IMG/VR virus record: IMGVR_UViG_3300041583_000385
Coordinates: 22,323-86,322 of that record
Source of the DNA: a virus
Strand: one strand, 5' to 3'
Length of the DNA: 64,000 bases
The translations under genes were made by a program, and so were the position numbers. Every line of letters starts with the position of its first letter. Within the stretch, counting starts at the first letter, position 1. Shown piece by piece: positions 52,342 through 60,933 of the stretch. A model generated the notes under the pieces. The model ran no database searches. It was not told where the DNA came from and worked only from the letters and a program-made list of their open reading frames with translations.

Positions 52342-53031
52342 ATGAAATATATTAAGAAATATAAAATATTCGAAAGTTCAAGTAATATAGATGAAATCTG
52401 TAATAAATATGGTATAGAAAATTATACCATAAATGAGGATGGATCTATTGATGTTGAGGGTAATGTTAATTTAAATGATAGAGTAGTATTATCTGAATTG
52501 CCAATTAAATTTGGTAATGTAGGTGGTAATTTTAATTGTAGTGGAAATAAATTAACGAGTCTAGAAGGAAGTCCTAAAAGTGTAGGTGGTAATTTTAATT
52601 GTAGTGGAAATAAATTAACGAGTCTAGAAGGAAGTCCTAAAAGTGTAGGTGGTAATTTTAATTGTAGTAGAAATAAATTAACGAGTCTAGAAGGAAGTCC
52701 TAAAAGTGTAGGTGGTGGTTTCTATTGTAGTGGAAATAAATTAACGAGTCTAGAAGGAAGTCCTAAAAGTGTAGGTGGTGGTTTCTATTGTGATGATAAT
52801 CAATTGGTTAGTCTAGAGGGAAGTCCTAAAAGTGTAGGTGGTGGTTTCTATTGTGATGGTAATCCAGTTTATGAATTGTGGAAATTATTTAAGGATTATT
52901 CAAAAGTTGAATTATTCAATGATTATGATATGATAATTAATGACCAAATAATAATTATTAGATTAAATGACTTTTTAGAATCTATTAATAAAGAACCTAT
53001 TAATAAAGTTAAAGGATATAAAAGTATTTAA
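52342..53031 (+). CDS. N-tagged leucine-rich-repeat-like protein
   Basis: MKYIKKYKIFES; 21-aa repeats VGGxFxCSxNxLTSLEGSPKS. Confidence 0.85.
   Translation: MKYIKKYKIFESSSNIDEICNKYGIENYTINEDGSIDVEGNVNLNDRVVLSELPIKFGNVGGNFNCSGNKLTSLEGSPKSVGGNFNCSGNKLTSLEGSPKSVGGNFNCSRNKLTSLEGSPKSVGGGFYCSGNKLTSLEGSPKSVGGGFYCDDNQLVSLEGSPKSVGGGFYCDGNPVYELWKLFKDYSKVELFNDYDMIINDQIIIIRLNDFLESINKEPINKVKGYKSI
52519..52863 (+). repeat. 63-nt coding tandem repeat, 5 full units plus a partial
   Basis: units start at 52519, 52582, 52645, 52708, 52771, 52834. Confidence 0.9.
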
Positions 53032-53036
53032 AAGTC

Positions 53037-53217
53037 ATGAAATATATTAAGAAATATAAAATATTCGAAAGTTCAAGTAATATGGATCAAATAAATGAAG
53101 GTGGATCATTGATGTTGATGGTAATGTTGGTTTAAGTGATAAAGGTTTATCTGAATTGGTAATGTTGGTGGTGATTTCAATTGTTATGATAATCAATTAA
53201 CAATTAACGAGTCTAGA
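53037..53217 (+). pseudogene. collapsed duplicate of the LRR-like gene
   Basis: first ~50 nt identical to 52338-52388, then deleted and frameshifted pieces of the same gene. Confidence 0.75.
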
Positions 53218-53273
53218 AACTTTTTACTTGCATATCGATCACTAATTTGTAAACTTCTCCTTTTCTCATATAT

Positions 53274-53549
53274 TTATTTTATTATTTTATCTATTTTATT
53301 ATTTCTCTCAATTGATGATACATATAATATAACATCTTTATAATAAGTCTCTGTTACTGTAAATGGTATAAATTTACCCGTAATTGGTTGAATATTTATA
53401 GTGTTTTCATCATTGTGTGTTCTACCATCAACAACCTCAAAATCATTTATGGTTAGTATATCTGATCCAGAAATACCCATATTTGGACTTCTTCTATAAT
53501 TCAAATATACTAAAATATAACCTTTATTTATACTATTTTTTGTAAACAT
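53274..53549 (-). CDS. hypothetical protein with C-terminal tag (RNNKIDKII)
   Basis: 91 aa ORF. Confidence 0.65.
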   Translation of the reverse strand: MFTKNSINKGYILVYLNYRRSPNMGISGSDILTINDFEVVDGRTHNDENTINIQPITGKFIPFTVTETYYKDVILYVSSIERNNKIDKIIK

Positions 53550-53726
53550 TTAACTTAAAATTGTATTAATTTTCTTATCCCTCTTTTTTGCTAAGTGTTC
53601 ATTAACTATTTCTTGTTCTTCCTTTTGGTAAATCGAATTCCATATGCTTGTTTTTTAGTATTGAGTATTGGTATAAAGTATTGATTATGACGAATTAAAA
53701 ATTTAGCAACTCCATTAACACGTCAT
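53550..53726 (-). pseudogene. broken ORF ending in C-terminal tag RDKKINTIL
   Basis: frame WNSIYQKEEQEIVNEHLAKKRDKKINTILS* with no intact start. Confidence 0.45.
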
Positions 53727-53913
53727 TTTTTAGTCTTCTCCTTTTATCTATAACCGTACCCACCTTATTTACTAATTGTTTTTTATTTTTAGTACTGCGT
53801 ATTGAATAAATCAGTGCTGAAATTTCAACTTCGGCACTAAACTGGTATGACGCTAAGATCCGCTGCCCTGAGCATAGATGTAGTGATTGAGCAGGTTGTG
53901 TAGAAACTTCCCA

Positions 53914-54090
53914 TTATCTTAATACCATATATTTAACACCATCAACTACTTTAGTTATGTACTTACTATTAGACTTAGATTTAGAAGCTTTCTTAGTAGC
54001 TCTTTTCTTAGCCATTGCGGTTTTGGTGTTCTTTTCAGCTTCACCAAATTTATTCTTCATAACCTCTCTCATTGAATATCTTTCTTCCAT
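53914..54090 (-). CDS. small basic protein
   Basis: 58 aa MEERYSMREVMKNKF...YITKVVDGVKYMVLR; TATATTTG upstream. Confidence 0.65.
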   Translation of the reverse strand: MEERYSMREVMKNKFGEAEKNTKTAMAKKRATKKASKSKSNSKYITKVVDGVKYMVLR

Positions 54091-54173
54091 AATTTCTCCT
54101 TTTTTGTTTGACTTCTAACAAATATAAGGAATCTTTTTTGTTTTTTCATCATAGAAAAGAAATATATATAACT

Positions 54174-54710
54174 ATGTTAAAGAAATATAAAGAATTTATA
54201 AAGGAGTCAATTAATGGATATAAATACGGATGTGTTATGATTGATGTACCAGTTAATAACTGGGAAGAGATAACATCTTGGATTGATCCAGAGGATGTAT
54301 ATGAGGGAGATGGTGATTCAACGTATGGTGTTCAACACAGACCACACCTTACACTTTTATATGGTTTACATAAGGAAGTATCAAATGAAGAAGTTAAGTC
54401 TGTATTTGACTCCTTTGATGATGAAATATCAGTTGAGGTTAATGGTTTTAATGTATTTGAAAATGATAAATTTGATGTTGTTAAATTTAATGTAAACCCT
54501 AAGGGTTCACTACAACATCTATTTGATAAACTATCAGAATTACCAAACTCTAATGAATTTCCTGATTATAAACCACATTTAACAATTGCTTATGTTAAAA
54601 AAGGTATGGGTAAAAAATACATTAAAAAAGACTATAAATATACAGTTAAGAACATAAATAAAATAACTTACTCTAATTCTGTTGGTAAAGAATTCAAATT
54701 TGATTTATAG
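54174..54710 (+). CDS. 2H phosphoesterase, T4 gp57B / Acb1-like, with N-terminal tag
   Basis: GCVM, HLTLLYG and YKPHLTIAY HxT motifs; start MLKKYKEFIKES. Confidence 0.85.
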   Translation: MLKKYKEFIKESINGYKYGCVMIDVPVNNWEEITSWIDPEDVYEGDGDSTYGVQHRPHLTLLYGLHKEVSNEEVKSVFDSFDDEISVEVNGFNVFENDKFDVVKFNVNPKGSLQHLFDKLSELPNSNEFPDYKPHLTIAYVKKGMGKKYIKKDYKYTVKNINKITYSNSVGKEFKFDL

Positions 54711-55453
54711 TCTAATATTTTAATTTTATAATCATCAGTTAGATAATCAATATACTTTTCATATACATCAACACAATCATAATCAATTGATGTATATTTT
54801 TTAATATTTTCAAATGGATACATTGGTCTAAGGTTATCTAAAGCACTTACTATTTTTAATGGTGTGTTATCAACAAAAGCAACTATTGGTATAATATGAT
54901 CAATCTCAAATGATTTTCTATTTTCCCAGGACATATCACCAATAAATTGCATTTCAATATATAACTTGAATTCTAAATCACTATATCCCAATAAATTATT
55001 AGTATAATCATTCTTATTCCTATTAAGTCTTCTGATAACAGATTTTAATGAGTCTCTGTATCTTTGTTTATGAGCATTTTTTATTTTATATTCATTTAAC
55101 CACTTTTTACCCTCTTCTGTTTTTCTATACTCTTTCTTTTTCTTATTTATTTCCTCTTTGTTATCTTTATAATAATTTGATAATCTTTCTTTATCTACAT
55201 CTTCATATCTTGTTCTATTATACTCTTTTTCTTTTTCTTTATTATCATCTCTCCACTTTTTACGTATTGGTTTCAACCTATCTTTATTTACTAAATAATG
55301 TTCTTTAGCATACTCTTTCTTTTTGGATTTAATATCTTTTTTATTTCTGTATTTTTTATAAGACTCCTTGATAGCTAATTTAGAACAACCTTCGCAATAT
55401 TTGCACCTTTTTGATAAAAATGATATATCAACATCACATTTTCCACAATTCAT
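54668..55453 (-). mobile_element. HNH-type homing endonuclease
   Basis: CxxC pairs, helical K/E repeats, LLGYS, MSWEN, EIDHIIP, NLRP...N..K. Confidence 0.82.
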
Positions 55454-55540
55454 AAAACTTTTTTATCTATATATAAATAAAGTGTCTTTCTGTTTCTGAC
55501 CAAAATAAAAAGAACTTTTTTTATTTAATATATACATAAT

Positions 55541-56230
55541 ATGAAACATATAATAGGATATAATCAATTAAACGAGAATAAAATGTGGTATAAAACAATA
55601 CCAGAAATGTTAAGTTGGTTGAAATCCAAGATTACCAAACCATTTATATTTTTGGATACGGAAACTACTGGTTTAAATGGCCCAAAGAAAGAACAATTGA
55701 CACAAGTTTCTTGTTTAGTAACAGAGTGTGACTTTGGTAATAACACCTTTAAAGAATTAGCACAGTTTGATGAGAAAATAAAATTAACATCAGATACTAA
55801 ATCCAAATATAATGATGAGGGGGATAAAACTAAGTGGGTTTTAGGCTTTAACCACTATGGTAGTGGTGGGTATAAATATAAAGATGAGGAAATGGTTGTA
55901 AATGATTTTTTCGAATTTATATCTGATTACGAACCTTGTTTATTAATTGCACAAAATGCAGCATTTGATATGGCTATGTTGAGTGGTAGATATGGTAATA
56001 AAATAGAGAATGAAGTATTTGATACTAAAATGTTGATACAATTATATTTCTTACCACTACTACAAAAGTTAGCTGAGACCGCCGCATTATTTCCGTGATG
56101 TAAGTTTTCAAGAAAAAATAGATTTTATTGGTGTGTCACCTAGAGATGGTGGTTTAATATCATCTTCTATGTCAAAAATAGGACCTGTACTTGGAATTAA
56201 TATGACTGGGTATCACGATGCTATCATCTT
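55541..56230 (+). CDS. DEDDh 3'-5' exonuclease (DnaQ-like), N-tagged, frameshifted and truncated at motif III
   Basis: FLDTETTGL, AQNAAFD, FDTK; next frame DVSFQEKID...GYHDA. Confidence 0.75.
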
Positions 56231-56232
56231 AA

Positions 56233-57000
56233 AATTCTACATTTATATATTCTTTATCATGTCCAATATCGGGAGATGTTATGTATGTTGGTAAATCAAA
56301 TAACCCAAAGACTAGATTTTCAAAACATATACAAATGGCTGGTAACAACCATGATAAGAATAAATGGATAAATGATCTTAAATTCATAAAATTAAAACCA
56401 ATATTATCAATAATTGATGAGGTATTAATGTGTGATTGGAAAGATAAAGAAAAATTCTACATATCCAAATTCAGAAAATTAGGATGTAATTTGTTTAATA
56501 CGTCAATGGGTGGAGAGGGTTCTGATTCTGGTAATCAAACAAGTTTTAAACCAGGTAATGGGTCTAAAAGAATCGTTTGTCTAATGTGTGATGGTTCCTA
56601 TCACAAAACATTCGAATCAACTATAAAAGCTGCTGGGTATATAGGAAAGCATAATATAAGTAGTGTTTTAAAGGGTGTTACGAAAAAAGCGGGTGGGTAT
56701 ATTTGGATATATGAAGATAGGTATAGAATAATGTCAATTGTGGATATTCGTAAATTTGTTGAAAATTCAAATGATAATAGATCTAGGTTAAATGGTGAGG
56801 AAAGTAGATTTAAGAAGGGTAATGATGCTTGGAATAAAAAAAGTGTTAATCAATATACAAGAGATGATGTTTTTATAAAAACATGGGAAAGTGTTAAAAT
56901 ATCAACACTCTCACTGGGTAAGAAAGTAAATTCTAGTGGGATTTCGAGATGTGCTCGAGGTGATAGAAAAACAGCATTTGGGTATAAATGGAAATATTAA
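56233..57000 (+). mobile_element. GIY-YIG homing endonuclease with NUMOD1 domains
   Basis: TFIYSLSCPISGDVMYVGKS in frame upstream of ATG 56281; QYT..FIKTWES, AFGYKWKY. Confidence 0.82.
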
Positions 57001-57001
57001 A

Positions 57002-57596
57002 ATGATAAAAATGATAAAAATAGGATTGACAGGGCCAATGGGAAGTGGAAAGACATTTTGTTCAAAACTATTTGGACAATTGGGTGTTCCTATTTTTTAT
57101 ACCGATGATGTTGCTAGATCAATAATAAACACTGATGAAGATTTAAAATCTGATATTAGAAAGGAGTTTGGGGGAGGTATACGATTCTAATGGTATTATG
57201 ATAACTTCCTTGATTAGAAGTATAGTATTTGTTAGTGGTTCTGAACATAAACTTAAAAAGTTGAATGAATTGGTACACCCATATGTATTTGAAAAGTACA
57301 ATAAATTCTGTTTAGAAAATTCTAATAAACCATATACACTGATTGAATCAGCTATACTTTATGAGACCGATTTAGATAAACTTGTGGATAAAGTTATTTA
57401 TGTTCATACTGATGAAGATTTGAGGATGAAGAGAACTTTTGATAGGAGTGGGTTTGGTAAAGATGAATATAGACAAAGAATGAAAGACCAGATTCCAAAT
57501 AAAGAAAGTATATCTGATTATGTTATTAGTAATAATGAGGGTGATGATGTTCATAAACAAATAATCGAGTTGGATAAACTAATATATAGTATATGA
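57002..57596 (+). CDS. coaE: dephospho-CoA kinase, +1 G frameshift at 57170-57174
   Basis: IGLTGPMGSGKT; IVF...LNELVHP, ESAILYE, R..RM..Q, DYVI.N in the next frame. Confidence 0.88.
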
Positions 57597-57961
57597 AAAA
57601 ATTCACAGATATAACAGATAAAGAAGCTTCGATAGAATTCAATAAAGATAAAGAGAGTGATTTATCAAATGATATAACCGAGTTGAACGATCAAGTATCT
57701 GATGAGGTTAAAAATACTATATTAGATGGTGAGTGGGAGATTTGTAATATAATTGATGTATCTGCTAACAAACCAACAAATGAAGCTATCATAATCAATG
57801 CTGAATTGGGTGATAAGCAAGTTAAGAGAGGTGAATTTCTTTATGTAACTGCTCTTATTAATAAAAAAGGTAGACCATACCACCAAAGTCAAATGGGTGT
57901 CTTAAAAGTTAGAGTAGTAGAAATATACAATACACTACTAGTACTTAATAGCTTAAGATGA
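57593..57961 (+). CDS. N-tag-like hypothetical protein
   Basis: MKKFTDITDKE; TAATATATA 4 nt upstream. Confidence 0.7.
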   Translation: MKKFTDITDKEASIEFNKDKESDLSNDITELNDQVSDEVKNTILDGEWEICNIIDVSANKPTNEAIIINAELGDKQVKRGEFLYVTALINKKGRPYHQSQMGVLKVRVVEIYNTLLVLNSLR

Positions 57962-58664
57962 GACATTTAAAAAATTATAAAATTTTCGAGACACAAACTG
58001 ATGAGCATCATAATTTGGAAGATATTTCCAAGAATTTTTCGATGAGTATGGTTTTGTGAAATTTGATAGAGTTAAACACTTATTAATGCTTTCATCACAA
58101 AAACTTGGTTTGGGTATAGAAATATCCGACTCTTGGTGTTTTGGAGTTAAGTGTATTAAAATTAGAATGACTGATAGTAGTAGTGGTCGGTCAAATATTA
58201 AGAGAGGTGTTTATAAAGGATTTGATGGATTTATAGACCAAGAAATGGCTACTGTTATAAAAGAATGTCATGAGAGAATTGTTCAATATCTAAACCCGGT
58301 TCATGTTGAAATTGGATATTTGGGTGTACACACACGAGATTTTGATTTGTTGTACTTTAAGGAAGCTCCAGATATGAGTAGGTTTGGTGATGTTGAAATA
58401 TATGGATCGAATGTGGCTATACATTTAGATAAATTAAACCATTGGTTATCATTCGAAACGAAACACAACAATGGATTTGATGTTTTTTCTGAAAGTTGGG
58501 GTATAGAAGCTGTGCCATATCTAAAGGGTTATAGCGATCCAGGTTGGTTCTACTTTAATATGTATAGAGATAGAGATATAGATAATTTTAATTTATGGAT
58601 AAGTCCATCTATATTCATGATGGTAATTATTATTATTTTGATGATGGTGAAAAAGTATCCATAG
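57958..58664 (+). CDS. N-tagged paralog, frameshifted near 58025
   Basis: MRHLKNYKIFE; adding one T gives EDIFQEFFDEYGF in frame with ORF 58056. Confidence 0.65.
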
Positions 58665-58700
58665 ATTTATAATTTTTTACTATATTTGTAAAAACAAGAA

Positions 58701-59165
58701 ATTTTCAGTATAATATTCCTAGATATCGATGGTGTTTTAAGAACACTAAAAAGTGATTTAGAATGGTCAAGTATTCTAAAAGAACCTGTGCCTACAAAAT
58801 ATACTGATAGGAGACTTAGTAGTGAAGCTATTAGAAATCTAAATGAAATAGTATCATATACTAGATCAAAAGTGGTAATAACATCCAATTGGAGATTGGG
58901 TCTTACTCTAACTCAATTAAAAATAATTCTTAGAAGTGAAGGTTTTCACGGTGATGTTGTTGGTAAGACTGATATCGGTGTTAGTAGAGGTGAAGAGATA
59001 TTAGAGTGGATAGAATTAAAGGGAGTTACTGATTATGTGGTAATTGACGATCAAGTAGGAGATATAATATCTGTTTTAGGTGATAAACGTGTTATTGAGG
59101 TTGATCATAAAAAAGGACTAGATAGAAATGTTGTTGATAAAGCAATAGATATATTATTTCAATAA
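58701..59165 (+). CDS. HAD-superfamily phosphatase (RNA-repair HAD_SAK-like), non-ATG start
   Basis: IIFLDIDGVL upstream in frame; VVITSNWR, RGEEI, YVVIDD; TATATTTG at 58681. Confidence 0.8.
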   Translation: MFSIIFLDIDGVLRTLKSDLEWSSILKEPVPTKYTDRRLSSEAIRNLNEIVSYTRSKVVITSNWRLGLTLTQLKIILRSEGFHGDVVGKTDIGVSRGEEILEWIELKGVTDYVVIDDQVGDIISVLGDKRVIEVDHKKGLDRNVVDKAIDILFQ

Positions 59166-59510
59166 AGGAGATTTTGTCATTTTAGACCACTTATCAAATT
59201 CATACCAAATTTTATCACCACCACCTTTTTTACTTCGGTAATTCATACCATAAGATTTTAATGTTTCATCAAATTCTGATATTTCTTCCCTATTATAAAG
59301 GTTATCATCATCCTCATAATAATTACCCTCATAATTATCATCTACTAAAACATCATCTTTATCCTCTATTAATAGGTGTATCATTTTACCTTCTTTCCAT
59401 ATCTCTATTACCAATCCTAAATCTTGTAGATCTATTGTAAGGTCTTTAAGTATTTGTATTTTTTGATCAACCAAACTTTCAAATAATTTATATGGTATTA
59501 TTTTATCCAT
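59154..59510 (-). CDS. N-tagged paralog
   Basis: MDKIIPYKLFES...LKDLTIDLQDLGL. Confidence 0.72.
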   Translation of the reverse strand: MDKIIPYKLFESLVDQKIQILKDLTIDLQDLGLVIEIWKEGKMIHLLIEDKDDVLVDDNYEGNYYEDDDNLYNREEISEFDETLKSYGMNYRSKKGGGDKIWYEFDKWSKMTKSPLLK

Positions 59511-59713
59511 TATTTAGAAACCTTTATATCTATATCAACACCATCAAGTTCGTGTAATTCTTGTAAATATCCTGTTATTGCTGATTCTGGACTATTACAA
59601 TCATAGTATCCTTCTAGATTATCAGCAGTTTTCTTAGACATTTTAAGAACTATTGTTATTTCAATATCCTTTGTATCATCTGATGATTCGTTTATTTTAC
59701 TAAATTTTTTCAT
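59510..59713 (-). CDS. N-tagged small protein
   Basis: MKKFSKINES; TAATATATA upstream. Confidence 0.7.
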   Translation of the reverse strand: MKKFSKINESSDDTKDIEITIVLKMSKKTADNLEGYYDCNSPESAITGYLQELHELDGVDIDIKVSK

Positions 59714-59874
59714 AAAAATTATTTTATTTTGTATAAAGTATATATTAATCCATATATTTGTGATTAATGAAAATAGACGAAAAATTAATACAAGAAGGAT
59801 TTAATGAATCCATATTGAAATTCTATCACAATAGAACAAAGCAATCTGGTAGGTTAATGAAAAGTGCATTTCTT

Positions 59875-60007
59875 TTTGGTTAGAAATGAATCCGTATATT
59901 TGTAAGACAAGTAAGGGTAAAAACATCACGAAAAATAAAAATAAAAATAAAAAACTTTCGAAAATGTTTGGTAAAAGAGATAATGTTCCGTATATTTGTA
60001 AGACAAG
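59875..60007 (+). promoter_or_regulatory. tandem early promoters with 21-bp direct repeat TCCGTATATTTGTAAGACAAG
   Basis: repeat at 59891-59911 and 59987-60007; second copy is TTTG-N20-TATATTTG. Confidence 0.8.
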
Positions 60008-60051
60008 AAAGAAATTAAATTATTAATCACTACATAAAAACAAAAAGAACT

Positions 60052-60672
60052 ATGGCAAATTTATTCGCAAAAGCAAAGAAAATGGCACCTAAAACAACTA
60101 AGGCTAAAGATGAGAAAGTAAGAATCTCTATTGAGGATAAAACTTTCTTTGATAAAGTTACAAAACTTGAACAACTTCAAGATACTATGAAATCATCTAA
60201 GGCGAAAGCAGATATGATTTCTGATGAACTTAAAGACCTTGGTAAAGAAAAATGGGCTGAACTTTACGCTGAGACTGGTAAGAATCCAGGATCTGTTATG
60301 TTAGAACAAATCAATGATGTTGATGATGTAGCACAATTGATGTTCGTTCCTACTGATAAGTATATTACTATCAATGAAGAAAGATCAGAAGAATTACAAG
60401 AAATTTATGGAGAAGATATCGTTACAGAAGATACTACTTTCTCTTTCGATTCAGTAATGATTGAGAAATATGGAGAAGTACTTTCAAGATTAATCCAAGA
60501 GTCTGAGGAAATTGCAGAAAAAGATAAAGAAAAAATTATCAAAGCAACTACTAAATTCTCTGTGGCTAAGGGAACTATCGATAACTTCAAAACTTATGGA
60601 GACGTTAGTGAAGTAATGGAGAGTGTTAGACCAGTAATCGCTTTGAAAAACGTAGAAATTATTAAAGGATAA
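60052..60672 (+). CDS. hypothetical early protein
   Basis: 206 aa behind tandem promoters, followed by a hairpin. Confidence 0.85.
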   Translation: MANLFAKAKKMAPKTTKAKDEKVRISIEDKTFFDKVTKLEQLQDTMKSSKAKADMISDELKDLGKEKWAELYAETGKNPGSVMLEQINDVDDVAQLMFVPTDKYITINEERSEELQEIYGEDIVTEDTTFSFDSVMIEKYGEVLSRLIQESEEIAEKDKEKIIKATTKFSVAKGTIDNFKTYGDVSEVMESVRPVIALKNVEIIKG

Positions 60673-60684
60673 TAAAAAACAATG

Positions 60685-60713
60685 AGAGAGTGTTAGTATA
60701 TAACACTCTCTTT
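60685..60713 (+). terminator. hairpin / terminator
   Basis: AGAGAGTGTTA-GTATA-TAACACTCTCT-TT. Confidence 0.7.
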
Positions 60714-60731
60714 ATAAATAAAAAGAGAAAA

Positions 60732-60805
60732 GCTCTCTTAGCTCAGTTGGTTAGAGCGGCGCGCTCATAACGCGTAGGTCAATGGTTCGAATCCATTAGG
60801 GAGCA
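60732..60805 (+). tRNA. tRNA with CAT anticodon (elongator Met or Ile2), CCA not encoded
   Basis: GCTCTCT/AGGGAGC acceptor, GCTC D-arm, GCGCG-CTCATAA-CGCGT, AATGG-TTCGAAT-CCATT; G1-C72 pair argues against initiator. Confidence 0.95.
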
Positions 60806-60867
60806 CAATTTTGAAATGCCTAACGATACAGACTTAGGTAAGTTTTTAAGAAATAATTCAAAATAAA

Positions 60868-60900
60868 TTTGGTAAAGTAAATTAATAATCATTATATTTG
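60868..60900 (+). promoter_or_regulatory. early promoter TTTG-N21-TATATTTG
   Basis: matches the Bacteroidota -33/-7 consensus. Confidence 0.8.
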
Positions 60901-60933
60901 TAAAACAAAATAATTAAACAAAAAGTAAAAAAT

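Noticed and set aside
52519-52863. Possible CRISPR array
   Set aside because: Units are contiguous in-frame 63-nt coding repeats with no unique spacers; no cas genes in the window
52338-53217. Diversity-generating retroelement TR/VR pair
   Set aside because: The duplicate differs by deletions rather than A-specific substitutions, and no reverse transcriptase is present in the window
56200-57000. Group I intron in the exonuclease gene
   Set aside because: No P/Q/R/S core elements and no downstream exon recognisable before coaE
60732-60805. Initiator tRNA-fMet
   Set aside because: Has a paired G1-C72 and lacks the GGG/CCC anticodon-stem signature
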